Both the position numbers and the translations under genes were made by a program. The notes below the pieces were generated by a model. That model was not told the origin of the DNA and searched no databases. It worked only from the letters and a program-made list of their open reading frames with translations. A DNA stretch of 32,000 nt, from positions 600,001-632,000 of the forward strand of contig CAZKBG010000001.1 of the NCBI GenBank assembly GCA_964551375.1, given 5' to 3'. Of this stretch, positions 16,873 through 24,840 are shown in pieces (the stretch's first letter is position 1; each line of letters starts with the position of its first letter). The DNA is from an uncultured archaeon. GTDB lineage: Archaea; Iainarchaeota; Iainarchaeia; Iainarchaeales; JAAZKV01.

Positions 16873-17691
16873 TTAAACTATCTCAAAGCTTCCATTTGGA
16901 AGAACTGAAACGAAATCATCCACGCTTAAATTAAGTCCCTTTTTTAGAAATCTGTCTTTTAGAAGTTTGGCTGTCTGCTCTTTTGAAATAGAGCCTTGCC
17001 TTAATTCAACTGAAAAAGTGCAGTGCTTTCGAACTGCAGAAATCGGGCCTGCCATAAGCACTTTTTCACGATTAAAATAGCCAACAGCGCAGGCAAGAAC
17101 TGATTTTCTAAACCAATTTCTCTCGCCATAAATCATAAACGCTCCTGTGCTTAACGATTCGCCGCTTTTTGCGGATTTTGAAACCTGCTCAGGCTTCACT
17201 GAATACACATCCGCAATTGCCCTTCCTTCTTCCCAAGCTTTTGAAAAAGTTGCTGCAAAAACAGCAGCTTCTTTCATTGAGTTATCCGGGGCAATGAATT
17301 CATTTCCCTTTAACTCTTCAGGAGCCTGAATAAAACAATGCGGAGCTCCAAAAACTTCCGCGTGAAAATAAATATCATTTTTCTTCATTCGCTTTTTTAC
17401 AAGCTCTTCATTGCTTTTGGCATCTTTTCCACCAACAACCAAGTAGCCGTCTGAAGTAAAGAACCACCTGAATGATTCAAACCATTTTTTTGAGCGGGCT
17501 TTTTTATTTTTTTCAAGAATTGGAGCCTCTTTATTTAATTTTTCCTGCTCAAGACGCTCATTCATCTTTTGTTCAAGTATAATAAGCGCTTTTTCAATTC
17601 CCAAAATCTTTTTTTTGGCAGTTTTGGATTTCTCAAAGTAAGCCGCTGCATTCTCGTCAAGAGATTTTGATAAATCAATTTCTAAATCCAT
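16873..17691 (-). CDS. Stand-alone NFACT-R (DUF814) domain protein, RqcH/NEMF C-terminal-like
   Basis: 272 aa; KKWFESFRWFFTSDGYLVVGGKDAKSNEELVKKRMKKNDIYFHAEVFGAPHCFI, AFAATFSKAWEEGR-type region, VSKSAKSGESLSTGAFMIYGERNWF. Preceded by a short helical segment but no NFACT-N. Confidence 0.85.
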   Translation of the reverse strand: MDLEIDLSKSLDENAAAYFEKSKTAKKKILGIEKALIILEQKMNERLEQEKLNKEAPILEKNKKARSKKWFESFRWFFTSDGYLVVGGKDAKSNEELVKKRMKKNDIYFHAEVFGAPHCFIQAPEELKGNEFIAPDNSMKEAAVFAATFSKAWEEGRAIADVYSVKPEQVSKSAKSGESLSTGAFMIYGERNWFRKSVLACAVGYFNREKVLMAGPISAVRKHCTFSVELRQGSISKEQTAKLLKDRFLKKGLNLSVDDFVSVLPNGSFEIV

Positions 17692-17733
17692 AAAAATAAA
17701 ATAAATAGAAAAGAAGTAAAAATATAACTGCTG

Positions 17734-18273
17734 CTAGTCAACAGCAGCCTTTTTTCGCATAATTTCAATTATTGAATCAGTCCTTGAACTTCGCTTAAAT
17801 GCGGGCTCTGTAAGGTAGAAAACCTGCCTGTCTTTAACCACTTCATAATAATTTGGAATTTTCTTCATATAATTTTCCTGCAAATTTTTATGATATGATT
17901 CAACATCTTCATAGAACTGAAAACTAATAACATTAAAGTTTCCCGAGCCCATTACTGAATTAAGAGAGAACACATGAGGATCTTTTCTTGCAACCGCAAG
18001 GTACTGCTCCACAAATTCAGGCTTTGAAAAGTCAAGCTGAAGCAGTTCAACTGCTTCAAGTTTGTATCCTAATTTCCAAAAAGCAATTTTAGGGCCGTAT
18101 CCTGTAAGAACCCCTTCCTTTTGAAGATAATCAAGCGAACTCTTAATTGTGGCAAGGTGAAAACTTGTTTTTGTTTTAATTCTTCTAATATTAGGCTGAG
18201 TAGCGCCCTTTTCTATTAGGGCTTTTAGAACATTAAGCCTTATTTCATCGTCAACTTTCATCTTTTGAGCCAT
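17734..18273 (-). CDS. Divergent Lrp/AsnC-like transcriptional regulator (HTH plus RAM-like C-terminal domain)
   Basis: 179 aa; N-terminal HTH RLNVLKALIEKGATQPNIRRIKTKTSFHLATIKSSLDYLQKEGVLTGYGPKI, and a C-terminal alpha-beta region with DPHVFSLNSVMGSGNFNVISFQF. Confidence 0.65.
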   Translation of the reverse strand: MAQKMKVDDEIRLNVLKALIEKGATQPNIRRIKTKTSFHLATIKSSLDYLQKEGVLTGYGPKIAFWKLGYKLEAVELLQLDFSKPEFVEQYLAVARKDPHVFSLNSVMGSGNFNVISFQFYEDVESYHKNLQENYMKKIPNYYEVVKDRQVFYLTEPAFKRSSRTDSIIEIMRKKAAVD

Positions 18274-18291
18274 AATTTACCACAACAAGAG

Positions 18292-18332
18292 GGTTTTTCG
18301 TATTTAGACAATTGTGGAAAAACCACTTATAA
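18292..18332 (-). promoter_or_regulatory. Putative promoter/operator: TATA-like TTATAA (18327-18332) next to the inverted repeat GGTTTTTC-N17-GAAAAACC
   Basis: ggtttttc at 18292-18299 and gaaaaacc at 18317-18324, between the TATA-like element and the ATG at 18273. Confidence 0.45.
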
Positions 18333-18478
18333 TAACAATATCTTACACCATAATATATTTAAGTGTATGTTTTATTACACTAAAATCTGATTAATACTTA
18401 TTAAGCGTAGAGATTACTAAGTATATTGGAAATTTAAGGAGGGATGTAAAAGAGTAGTTTGAAACAAAGTTTTTGGAA

Positions 18479-18547
18479 AGAAAATATGGGGTAGGCTCAC
18501 CAGGCTTTAAATGGATTTCTAATTCTAATTCCAACCCCATGTTTTCT
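18479..18547. other. Long imperfect hairpin (14-bp stem) in an intergenic region; possible structured RNA or terminator
   Basis: AGAAAATATGGGGT (18479-18492) pairs with ACCCCATGTTTTCT (18534-18547); the one non-Watson-Crick position is a U-G wobble if transcribed from the + strand. Confidence 0.55.
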
Positions 18548-18560
18548 AAAAGAATAATTA

Positions 18561-19400
18561 TTATTTTAAGCATCTTTTTTTAGCAGAAGAAGTTTTCTTT
18601 GTTTGGGTTTTAGAGTTCATTTTATGCAAATAAATATTTGAATAAATAACCTGATTCGAAACCGCATGAAGAGTGTAAATAAAACCAGTCACTACTACAA
18701 GAATCCAGAACAAAATCAAGAAGCCAGGAACTGAAATAAAGAATGCAATCACAAACTTTATCACTGAAACAGAAAAAGGGATTACTGAATATAGAACAAC
18801 AATTCTTTTGTTTGAAAATGACTCAAAAAGAGTGAGTTTGAATGACTCCTTAACCCCTTTTTTCCCAAATATTATTGTGGGAAACAAAAAATACAACAAA
18901 AATATAAAAGCAAAACCAACCGCAAGCGAAACAATCCAAGAAAACTCGTCAAAGTTCAGGCTGATTAATATAAAAGAAAGAATTCCGGAGGCAATTCCGA
19001 CAAGAGCCGCGGACAAAATGCCCGCAAATATTATTTTTCCGATTTTTTTCTTAACAGGAAGAATTGCTTTTGCAAAGTTAATCTTTCCGCTAATTGCCTG
19101 CTCAACAAGAGTCGGATAAATTCCAGAAAATATAATATCGAAGAAAAAAGTTCCAAGAGTAAGCAAAAGAAGAACAACCGCCGAGCCGAGAAGAGAAGAC
19201 AAATCAACCAAAGCCGCTTTTGAAGGATCGGACATTAAAACAAACATCTGCTGAATTAATCCAACGCTGACAATAAGCCCGTAGCCGTACAAAACAGCAA
19301 TTACTAATTTTGGAATAAAAATAAAAGGGTGCTTTAATGACAGCTTAAACGAAAACACAAGCGCATTATAAGTATCAAGCAGTTTATTCATTAAAATCAC
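18561..19400 (-). CDS. Multi-spanning membrane protein, unknown function
   Basis: 279 aa; several hydrophobic helices and a KESFKLTLFESFSNK segment. Generic architecture similar to the 268-aa protein at 23990-24796. Confidence 0.75.
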   Translation of the reverse strand: MILMNKLLDTYNALVFSFKLSLKHPFIFIPKLVIAVLYGYGLIVSVGLIQQMFVLMSDPSKAALVDLSSLLGSAVVLLLLTLGTFFFDIIFSGIYPTLVEQAISGKINFAKAILPVKKKIGKIIFAGILSAALVGIASGILSFILISLNFDEFSWIVSLAVGFAFIFLLYFLFPTIIFGKKGVKESFKLTLFESFSNKRIVVLYSVIPFSVSVIKFVIAFFISVPGFLILFWILVVVTGFIYTLHAVSNQVIYSNIYLHKMNSKTQTKKTSSAKKRCLK

Positions 19401-21607
19401 ATTGTTTTTTCATTTACTTTTGGCTTTTTTACCGAAAGCTTCCTTGATTTTTTTGGCTTTTCACTAGCGCCTGCATCAACAGAAGGAGAAGCAGTATTAT
19501 TTTTAACTTCGTCTGATTTTAACCCAACCACAGTAACAGGCTGGTGATGATCTTTTGACTGTTCAGCAGCTTTTTTCACAGCATCCTCTTTTTTGCCCCA
19601 GTCTTTTTTTGTAACACATGTCATAGTCAGGCACATCTTGTAGCTGAACTTTCCATTCTTCACGCTAATAATCGGAGCTTTGCATTCAGGACAGTACTGA
19701 TTAAGCGAAGCAATAGTTCCTTTTTGCGGAAGCGGATAAGTTACTGTGCAATTAGGATATCCTGAACACCCAACAAATCTTTTCCCAAGCTTGCTTTTTC
19801 TTAAAACTAAATTAGCACCGCAAGTGCACTTTCCAAAATTATCGCTGTACTTTAAAGACATTCTTAACTCAAGCCCAACAGCATCCTTGTTTTTGAAAAG
19901 CAGTTCCATAACCTGCCTTAAATCAGCGCTTGACTTATCAACTACAGCCCTTTGGAGAAGCTTTCCTGCCGCAACCATATCCATCTCATTTTCAAGCTGA
20001 GCTGTCATTTCAGGCTTTGTAACAACCTCGCAGTGCTTTTGAAGCGAATCAATCACAGCAAAAGCAACTTTGCTTGGCTCAATACTTTTATTACCAGAAA
20101 TATACTTTCTCGCATAAAGCTTTTGAATAATTGAAGGGCGGGTGGATTTAGTTCCAAGATTATTATCCTCCATTAATTTAATCAGCGAACCTTGGCTGTA
20201 TCTCCCTGGAGGCTGGGTTTCTTTCTCATTCATATCAAGTTTCAAAACTTTAACAACATCCCCTAACGCAAGCTTTGGAAGAAGAGTTTCATTTAATTCG
20301 CTGTATGGATAAACTCCCTTCCACCCCGCAAATAAAATTACCTGCCCCTTTGCAATAAACGGCTCCCCAGCAATCTCAATCAAAACACTCGTATTCTCTG
20401 TCTTTGCATCTTCGCTCAGCGTTGCCAAAAATCTTCTAGCAATAAGCTCGTAAATTTTCCATTCTTCAAGCGAGAGGGCTTCCTTTTGAACCGCATTAAC
20501 AGGATAAATAGGAGGATGATCCTTTGTTTCCTTTCCCGCCGAAGGAATAATTTCTTTTTGATTTAAAACACTCAACACATCATCAGTGAGAGCTTTTACA
20601 GACACAAGTTTATTTAGAATCTGCTTTAAGTCAATTGATTTTGGATAAGTGCAGTTATCAGTCCTCGGATAAGAAGTGAAACCTTTTTGATAAAGAGTCT
20701 CTGCAATATCCATCGCCCTTCCAGCGGCAAAGCCAATCGCAGTAGCGGCTCTTAGAAATTCAGTAGTATTAAACGGAACAGGCTTTTTTATCACACGAAC
20801 TTTAGTATCAACCTTCTTCACAATTCCTGAAGTCGGATTCTTGTCAAAAATTGCTTTTGCTTTTTCTTTTTCCCAAAACTTTTCATCCTGATGAACTGCC
20901 TCAAACTCTTTGCCGCTCTTTTCACAATGCGCAATTAGTTCCCAATATTTCCGGCTTTGAAAAGCAAGGCGCTCTTTCTCCCTGTTTACTACAAGGGCCA
21001 GCGTAGGGGTTTGCACTCTTCCAACACTTAAAAAATCTTTTCCAATCGAGCCTGAGATAATTGAAAGAAATCTTGTAAGCACAGCTCCCCAAATTAAATC
21101 AATTTCCCTTCTTGCATTTGCGGAATAAGCAAAATTATAATCAAACTTTTCAAGAGAGGAAAAAGATTTTGAAATATCCTCTTTAGTAATCGCAGAAAAA
21201 TACGCTCTTTTTACATTAATTTTCTTATTTGTATCCTGCGCGTAAGTAATTGCTTCAAGACCTATTGCTTCCCCTTCCCTGTCCGCATCAGTCGCAATAA
21301 TAATATTTTCAGCGCCAAATGAAACTTCCCTTAATGCATTAATAATAGCCCATTCTTTTTCAGAGTAAACAATTATTTCAGGATTAATTAATTCCCGAAC
21401 ATCAACCCCTCTCCAATTAGCATATTGTTTTGGAAACTCAACATCAGAAATATGCCCCCTAAGAGGAACGAGAAGTATTTCTTTTCCCGCCCAGTTAAAT
21501 TCAAACACTTTAGCCCCCGAAACGCTTTTTGTCCGCACGCCCGCATCCGCAAGATACTTTGCGATATTCTCCCCAGCAATTGCTTTTTCTGAAATAATTA
21601 GATCCAT
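19397..21607 (-). CDS. topA: DNA topoisomerase I (type IA) with C-terminal zinc-finger region
   Basis: ORF open to 21676; the likely start is ATG at 21607 (MDLIISEKAIAGENIAKYL). TOPRIM IIIATDADREGEAIG, GRVQTPTLALVVNRE, YPRTDNCTYP (catalytic Tyr), zinc-finger CTCGANLVLRKSKLGKRFVGCSGYPNC and CPECKAPI...CLTMTC. Confidence 0.95.
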   Translation of the reverse strand: MDLIISEKAIAGENIAKYLADAGVRTKSVSGAKVFEFNWAGKEILLVPLRGHISDVEFPKQYANWRGVDVRELINPEIIVYSEKEWAIINALREVSFGAENIIIATDADREGEAIGLEAITYAQDTNKKINVKRAYFSAITKEDISKSFSSLEKFDYNFAYSANARREIDLIWGAVLTRFLSIISGSIGKDFLSVGRVQTPTLALVVNREKERLAFQSRKYWELIAHCEKSGKEFEAVHQDEKFWEKEKAKAIFDKNPTSGIVKKVDTKVRVIKKPVPFNTTEFLRAATAIGFAAGRAMDIAETLYQKGFTSYPRTDNCTYPKSIDLKQILNKLVSVKALTDDVLSVLNQKEIIPSAGKETKDHPPIYPVNAVQKEALSLEEWKIYELIARRFLATLSEDAKTENTSVLIEIAGEPFIAKGQVILFAGWKGVYPYSELNETLLPKLALGDVVKVLKLDMNEKETQPPGRYSQGSLIKLMEDNNLGTKSTRPSIIQKLYARKYISGNKSIEPSKVAFAVIDSLQKHCEVVTKPEMTAQLENEMDMVAAGKLLQRAVVDKSSADLRQVMELLFKNKDAVGLELRMSLKYSDNFGKCTCGANLVLRKSKLGKRFVGCSGYPNCTVTYPLPQKGTIASLNQYCPECKAPIISVKNGKFSYKMCLTMTCVTKKDWGKKEDAVKKAAEQSKDHHQPVTVVGLKSDEVKNNTASPSVDAGASEKPKKSRKLSVKKPKVNEKTM

Positions 21608-21698
21608 TGATAACAGTAAAAGGAAACAAAAAAACTTAAAAGGGAGAGGTAAAACTTCGACAACTGACTTTTGCAAATCAAGCCAAAACTAAGGCGGA

Positions 21699-22178
21699 TT
21701 AGATTTTGTTTTGAAGAGTGGTGCTTGGAAGCGATTTTGTCTTCTTAAGCTCCGAAAGCACAACCATTGTTTTTAGGTCAATTACTCCGTCAATCAAACC
21801 AAGCTGATTAATGAATTTTTCAGCGCTCTCGAGGTTTGGAACAATAAGTTTTGAAATAATATTATACTCTCCAAGAACCTGATAAAGCTCAAGGACAAAA
21901 TCAAAACTATGCAACCGCTTTACTATATCCTTAGTCTTTGAAGCCTCGCATCTCATTTGGACATAAATAGGATTCTCATAACCCAAAACTTTGTAATTTA
22001 AATCAACGCTGATTCCGCTTATTACGCCCCTTCTTTTCAGCGATTCAACTCTTTTTTTTATTGCAACATCAGTAAGCCCCGAGTCCCTTGCAATAGCAGA
22101 GAAAGACGCTCTCCCGTCCACTAAAAGCGCCTGAAGTATTAAATGATCAATCTTATCCAAAGAAATCAAACCATTCAC
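21699..22178 (-). CDS. Lrp/AsnC-family transcriptional regulator
   Basis: 159 aa; LDKIDHLILQALLVDGRASFSAIARDSGLTDVAIKKRVESLKRRGVISGISVDLNYKVLGY plus a C-terminal RAM-like domain. Confidence 0.92.
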   Translation of the reverse strand: MNGLISLDKIDHLILQALLVDGRASFSAIARDSGLTDVAIKKRVESLKRRGVISGISVDLNYKVLGYENPIYVQMRCEASKTKDIVKRLHSFDFVLELYQVLGEYNIISKLIVPNLESAEKFINQLGLIDGVIDLKTMVVLSELKKTKSLPSTTLQNKI

Positions 22179-22337
22179 CCCTTATAAGTTAAGAAAACTA
22201 AGCAACCCCTTAGCAAAATAGACAAAAGAAGAGTTTAAAATTCGATTTCTTAACGAAAATGAGGCGTTTCTCAAATCAAATATCCCCAAAGTGGTTTGAT
22301 TATCTAATTTAAACTGTATTGACCAAGAGATAGATTA

Positions 22338-23885
22338 ATGCACTCTGAAATTGTTGAAGAAAAGATACAAAAAATCGCAAAAGAAATACAGGAAGCCAAC
22401 GCAAGCGCATGGACTATTGCAAAGATAATAAAATCATTAAGCGAGATGAAAAGCGCAAGCGAAAAAAAACTCCGCGAACACGCATTATTAATGCTAAAAG
22501 AAATTGACCCAAATGCAGCCATAATTTATGAAAGATTCAGCAAAATGACCGTGTACACTTCAAATGAAAAAACAAAATCATTCAACAGGGGAAATATTGT
22601 AAATTCTCTTTTAAAAGAAACAAACATATCAAGAAGCGTTGCTGAAAAAATAACCACTGAAGTAGAAAACCAAATCAAGGACTCCAAAATTGAATTTTTA
22701 ACTCCAAGCCTGATTAGAGAGCTTGTAAACGCAAAATTAATTTCATACGGCTTTGAAGAGGTAAGAGACGCATACGCAAGAGTGGGCGAGCCTGTTAATG
22801 ATGTGCGACAGAAACTTCAAACCGCGCCATATGCGGGCGAAACCACAAGAGAATACAATATCCTAATAGAGCTCCCAAAAAAAGCAAGAGAACTTCATTT
22901 TAATGGAACAATACACATTGAAGACCTTGAAGGGTTCTCCCAAAGAGCATACGCTTATTCATTTATTGCAAATGAAAAAGACACTCTTGAAAAGACAATA
23001 TTTGACGCAATTGGTAGAATTACGCACAACAGAAAATACTTTTTTATCCAGCCTGCAATTTACGGACTGACTTTTGCATGCGCAGGATTTGTAAAAAATG
23101 AAGCGCACGCAAAAAAAGCTGCTGAAACTATTATTGAATCAAGCAAAATACTAAACGAACCTCCGCTTCTTTCGCTTGAGTTATTCACTCCAAGCGCTTT
23201 GAGCAATTTTTCAGAACAGAGGCTAAGCGCGGCAAAAATCGCAAACTATCTGCTCGGGCAAAATGTTGTTGTCGGAGTTGATTCAAAGTACTCTTTAAAA
23301 CTAATCGAGCCTGAAGGAAAGCAATTTGTAATATTAAATAACGCTCTTGAAGAATACTACCCGGTAAGCAAGGAAATATTCTCGCCGACACAAGGAATTG
23401 ATTTATATGTTAACATAAATCTTGAAAAAATTGCGGGGGAAAGCGAAAGCGAATTCTTTGAGTCGCTCAAAGAAGTTGCTGAGGCCATAGAAGAACTGCG
23501 CAAAACAAAACAAGCGCTTCTTATGAAAAGACCTTATTTAAAAGATTTCAAAATAAGCGAATTAAAAACAGCAATCGGACTCACAAACCTAAATATGCTC
23601 GCGCAAAACTTTACGACAAGCAAGCAAATAGAATTTGCGGGCAAAACTTACAAAGAAATATCAAAATTATTCAGCGACTGCCTGCTTTTTGGATTAAGCA
23701 GCGAAAACGTGCGGGCAAAATTCTCCGAAACAAGCGAAAAAGAAATATTCTCCCAGCAAACTCTCGGCTTTGACGAATGCTTAAAAGAAAAGAAATGCTG
23801 CTTCACAGGAAAAGCCGCGACAATAAAAGAAGTGAATGAGCTTCTTGACAAGAAAGTGAAAAAAGTAGAGTTTGTCGGGATTTAA
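22338..23885 (+). CDS. ATP-cone and NrdD-like protein (anaerobic ribonucleotide reductase-related), probably non-catalytic
   Basis: 515 aa; ATP-cone-like KSFNRGNIVNSLLKETNISRSVAEKITTEVENQIKDS...LTPSLIRELVNAKLISYGFEEVRDAYARVGEPVNDV, then NrdD-like EYNILIELPKKARELHFNGTIHIEDLEGFSQRAY. No RVCGYLG-like glycyl-radical motif at the C-terminus. Confidence 0.7.
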   Translation: MHSEIVEEKIQKIAKEIQEANASAWTIAKIIKSLSEMKSASEKKLREHALLMLKEIDPNAAIIYERFSKMTVYTSNEKTKSFNRGNIVNSLLKETNISRSVAEKITTEVENQIKDSKIEFLTPSLIRELVNAKLISYGFEEVRDAYARVGEPVNDVRQKLQTAPYAGETTREYNILIELPKKARELHFNGTIHIEDLEGFSQRAYAYSFIANEKDTLEKTIFDAIGRITHNRKYFFIQPAIYGLTFACAGFVKNEAHAKKAAETIIESSKILNEPPLLSLELFTPSALSNFSEQRLSAAKIANYLLGQNVVVGVDSKYSLKLIEPEGKQFVILNNALEEYYPVSKEIFSPTQGIDLYVNINLEKIAGESESEFFESLKEVAEAIEELRKTKQALLMKRPYLKDFKISELKTAIGLTNLNMLAQNFTTSKQIEFAGKTYKEISKLFSDCLLFGLSSENVRAKFSETSEKEIFSQQTLGFDECLKEKKCCFTGKAATIKEVNELLDKKVKKVEFVGI

Positions 23886-23989
23886 ATACAACCCAAACAG
23901 AACTGATTTAGAAAAAGTTTATAAAAAAAGCTTAATGTTAAAAAAAGTGAATTAAATAAAATTAAACTAAGAAATTAAAGAAGAATAAC

Positions 23990-24796
23990 TTAAAGCTTTG
24001 AGCCGTGTCTTGGCTGTTCTCTTAATCTTGTCCCGTGCTTGAATTTTGGCTTCTCTGCCCTAGGAGCTCTTGCATGAACAAATTCATTGCTCTTCAATAA
24101 ATCAACTTTCATAAGGTAAGCGTATGATTTTGACTGCTCAATAAAAGGAACAAGGAAAACCATTATTATGAAAAATGAAACAATTGAACCAGGAAGCGCC
24201 ATAAGCTCAAGATAAAGCTCAATGTACACCGCGATAAATAATACTATTGAAGCAATAACAACAATTGCCGCGGCTGTAATTATATTTGAAGACCAGAATT
24301 CAATGCTTTTCCCAATAGATTCCCCAACAGTTGCTTCGTCAAGAACAATACTCTGCGGAGCGAACATTACAACAAGCGCAATAATTAAATTTATGATTAA
24401 AGCAAGCAGTCCGAAACCGTACATCGAGCCAAGAACGCTGATTAGGTAAAATACTATCGCAAATATCAAATATAAAATGAAAATCTTAAGAGCAGCGTCC
24501 TTAAACAAATTATTCCAATAAGTGTCAAAGCTTATGTTCTGAACATCTCTATGAACTGAATAAACAGTAAGCGAAACAAAAAATGAAAATACATACAGGA
24601 AAACAAGAACCAAAATAAGCCCTATTATTCCAAGAAGGCTTAAATCAAAAGAAAGGAAAACTGTTCCTGCGTTGAAGAAAAACTGGTTGAAAAAAGCAAA
24701 AAGCGCAAGGAAAACGAACAAAACCCCAAAACTAACCATTACGCGGGCGTTTGAGAAATACTCTTCAATAGCCCTCTTTAAAACAATTCCAATCAT
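23990..24796 (-). CDS. Multi-spanning membrane protein, unknown function
   Basis: 268 aa; several hydrophobic helices, FAPQSIVLDEATVGESIGKSIEFWSSN segment, basic C-terminal tail. Confidence 0.75.
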   Translation of the reverse strand: MIGIVLKRAIEEYFSNARVMVSFGVLFVFLALFAFFNQFFFNAGTVFLSFDLSLLGIIGLILVLVFLYVFSFFVSLTVYSVHRDVQNISFDTYWNNLFKDAALKIFILYLIFAIVFYLISVLGSMYGFGLLALIINLIIALVVMFAPQSIVLDEATVGESIGKSIEFWSSNIITAAAIVVIASIVLFIAVYIELYLELMALPGSIVSFFIIMVFLVPFIEQSKSYAYLMKVDLLKSNEFVHARAPRAEKPKFKHGTRLREQPRHGSKL

Positions 24797-24840
24797 CTAA
24801 ACCAAACCAATTCATCACTAAAAAAGTTTAAAAAACAACC

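Noticed and set aside
18486-18540. tRNA-like appearance: AUGGGGU...ACCCCAU could mimic a 7-bp acceptor stem
   Set aside because: Only 55 nt, with no TTCRA T-loop or anticodon arm on either strand.
18391-18573. 60-aa ORF in the intergenic gap
   Set aside because: Low-complexity Ile/Leu/Asn-rich translation of AT-rich DNA overlapping the hairpin; no evidence of coding.
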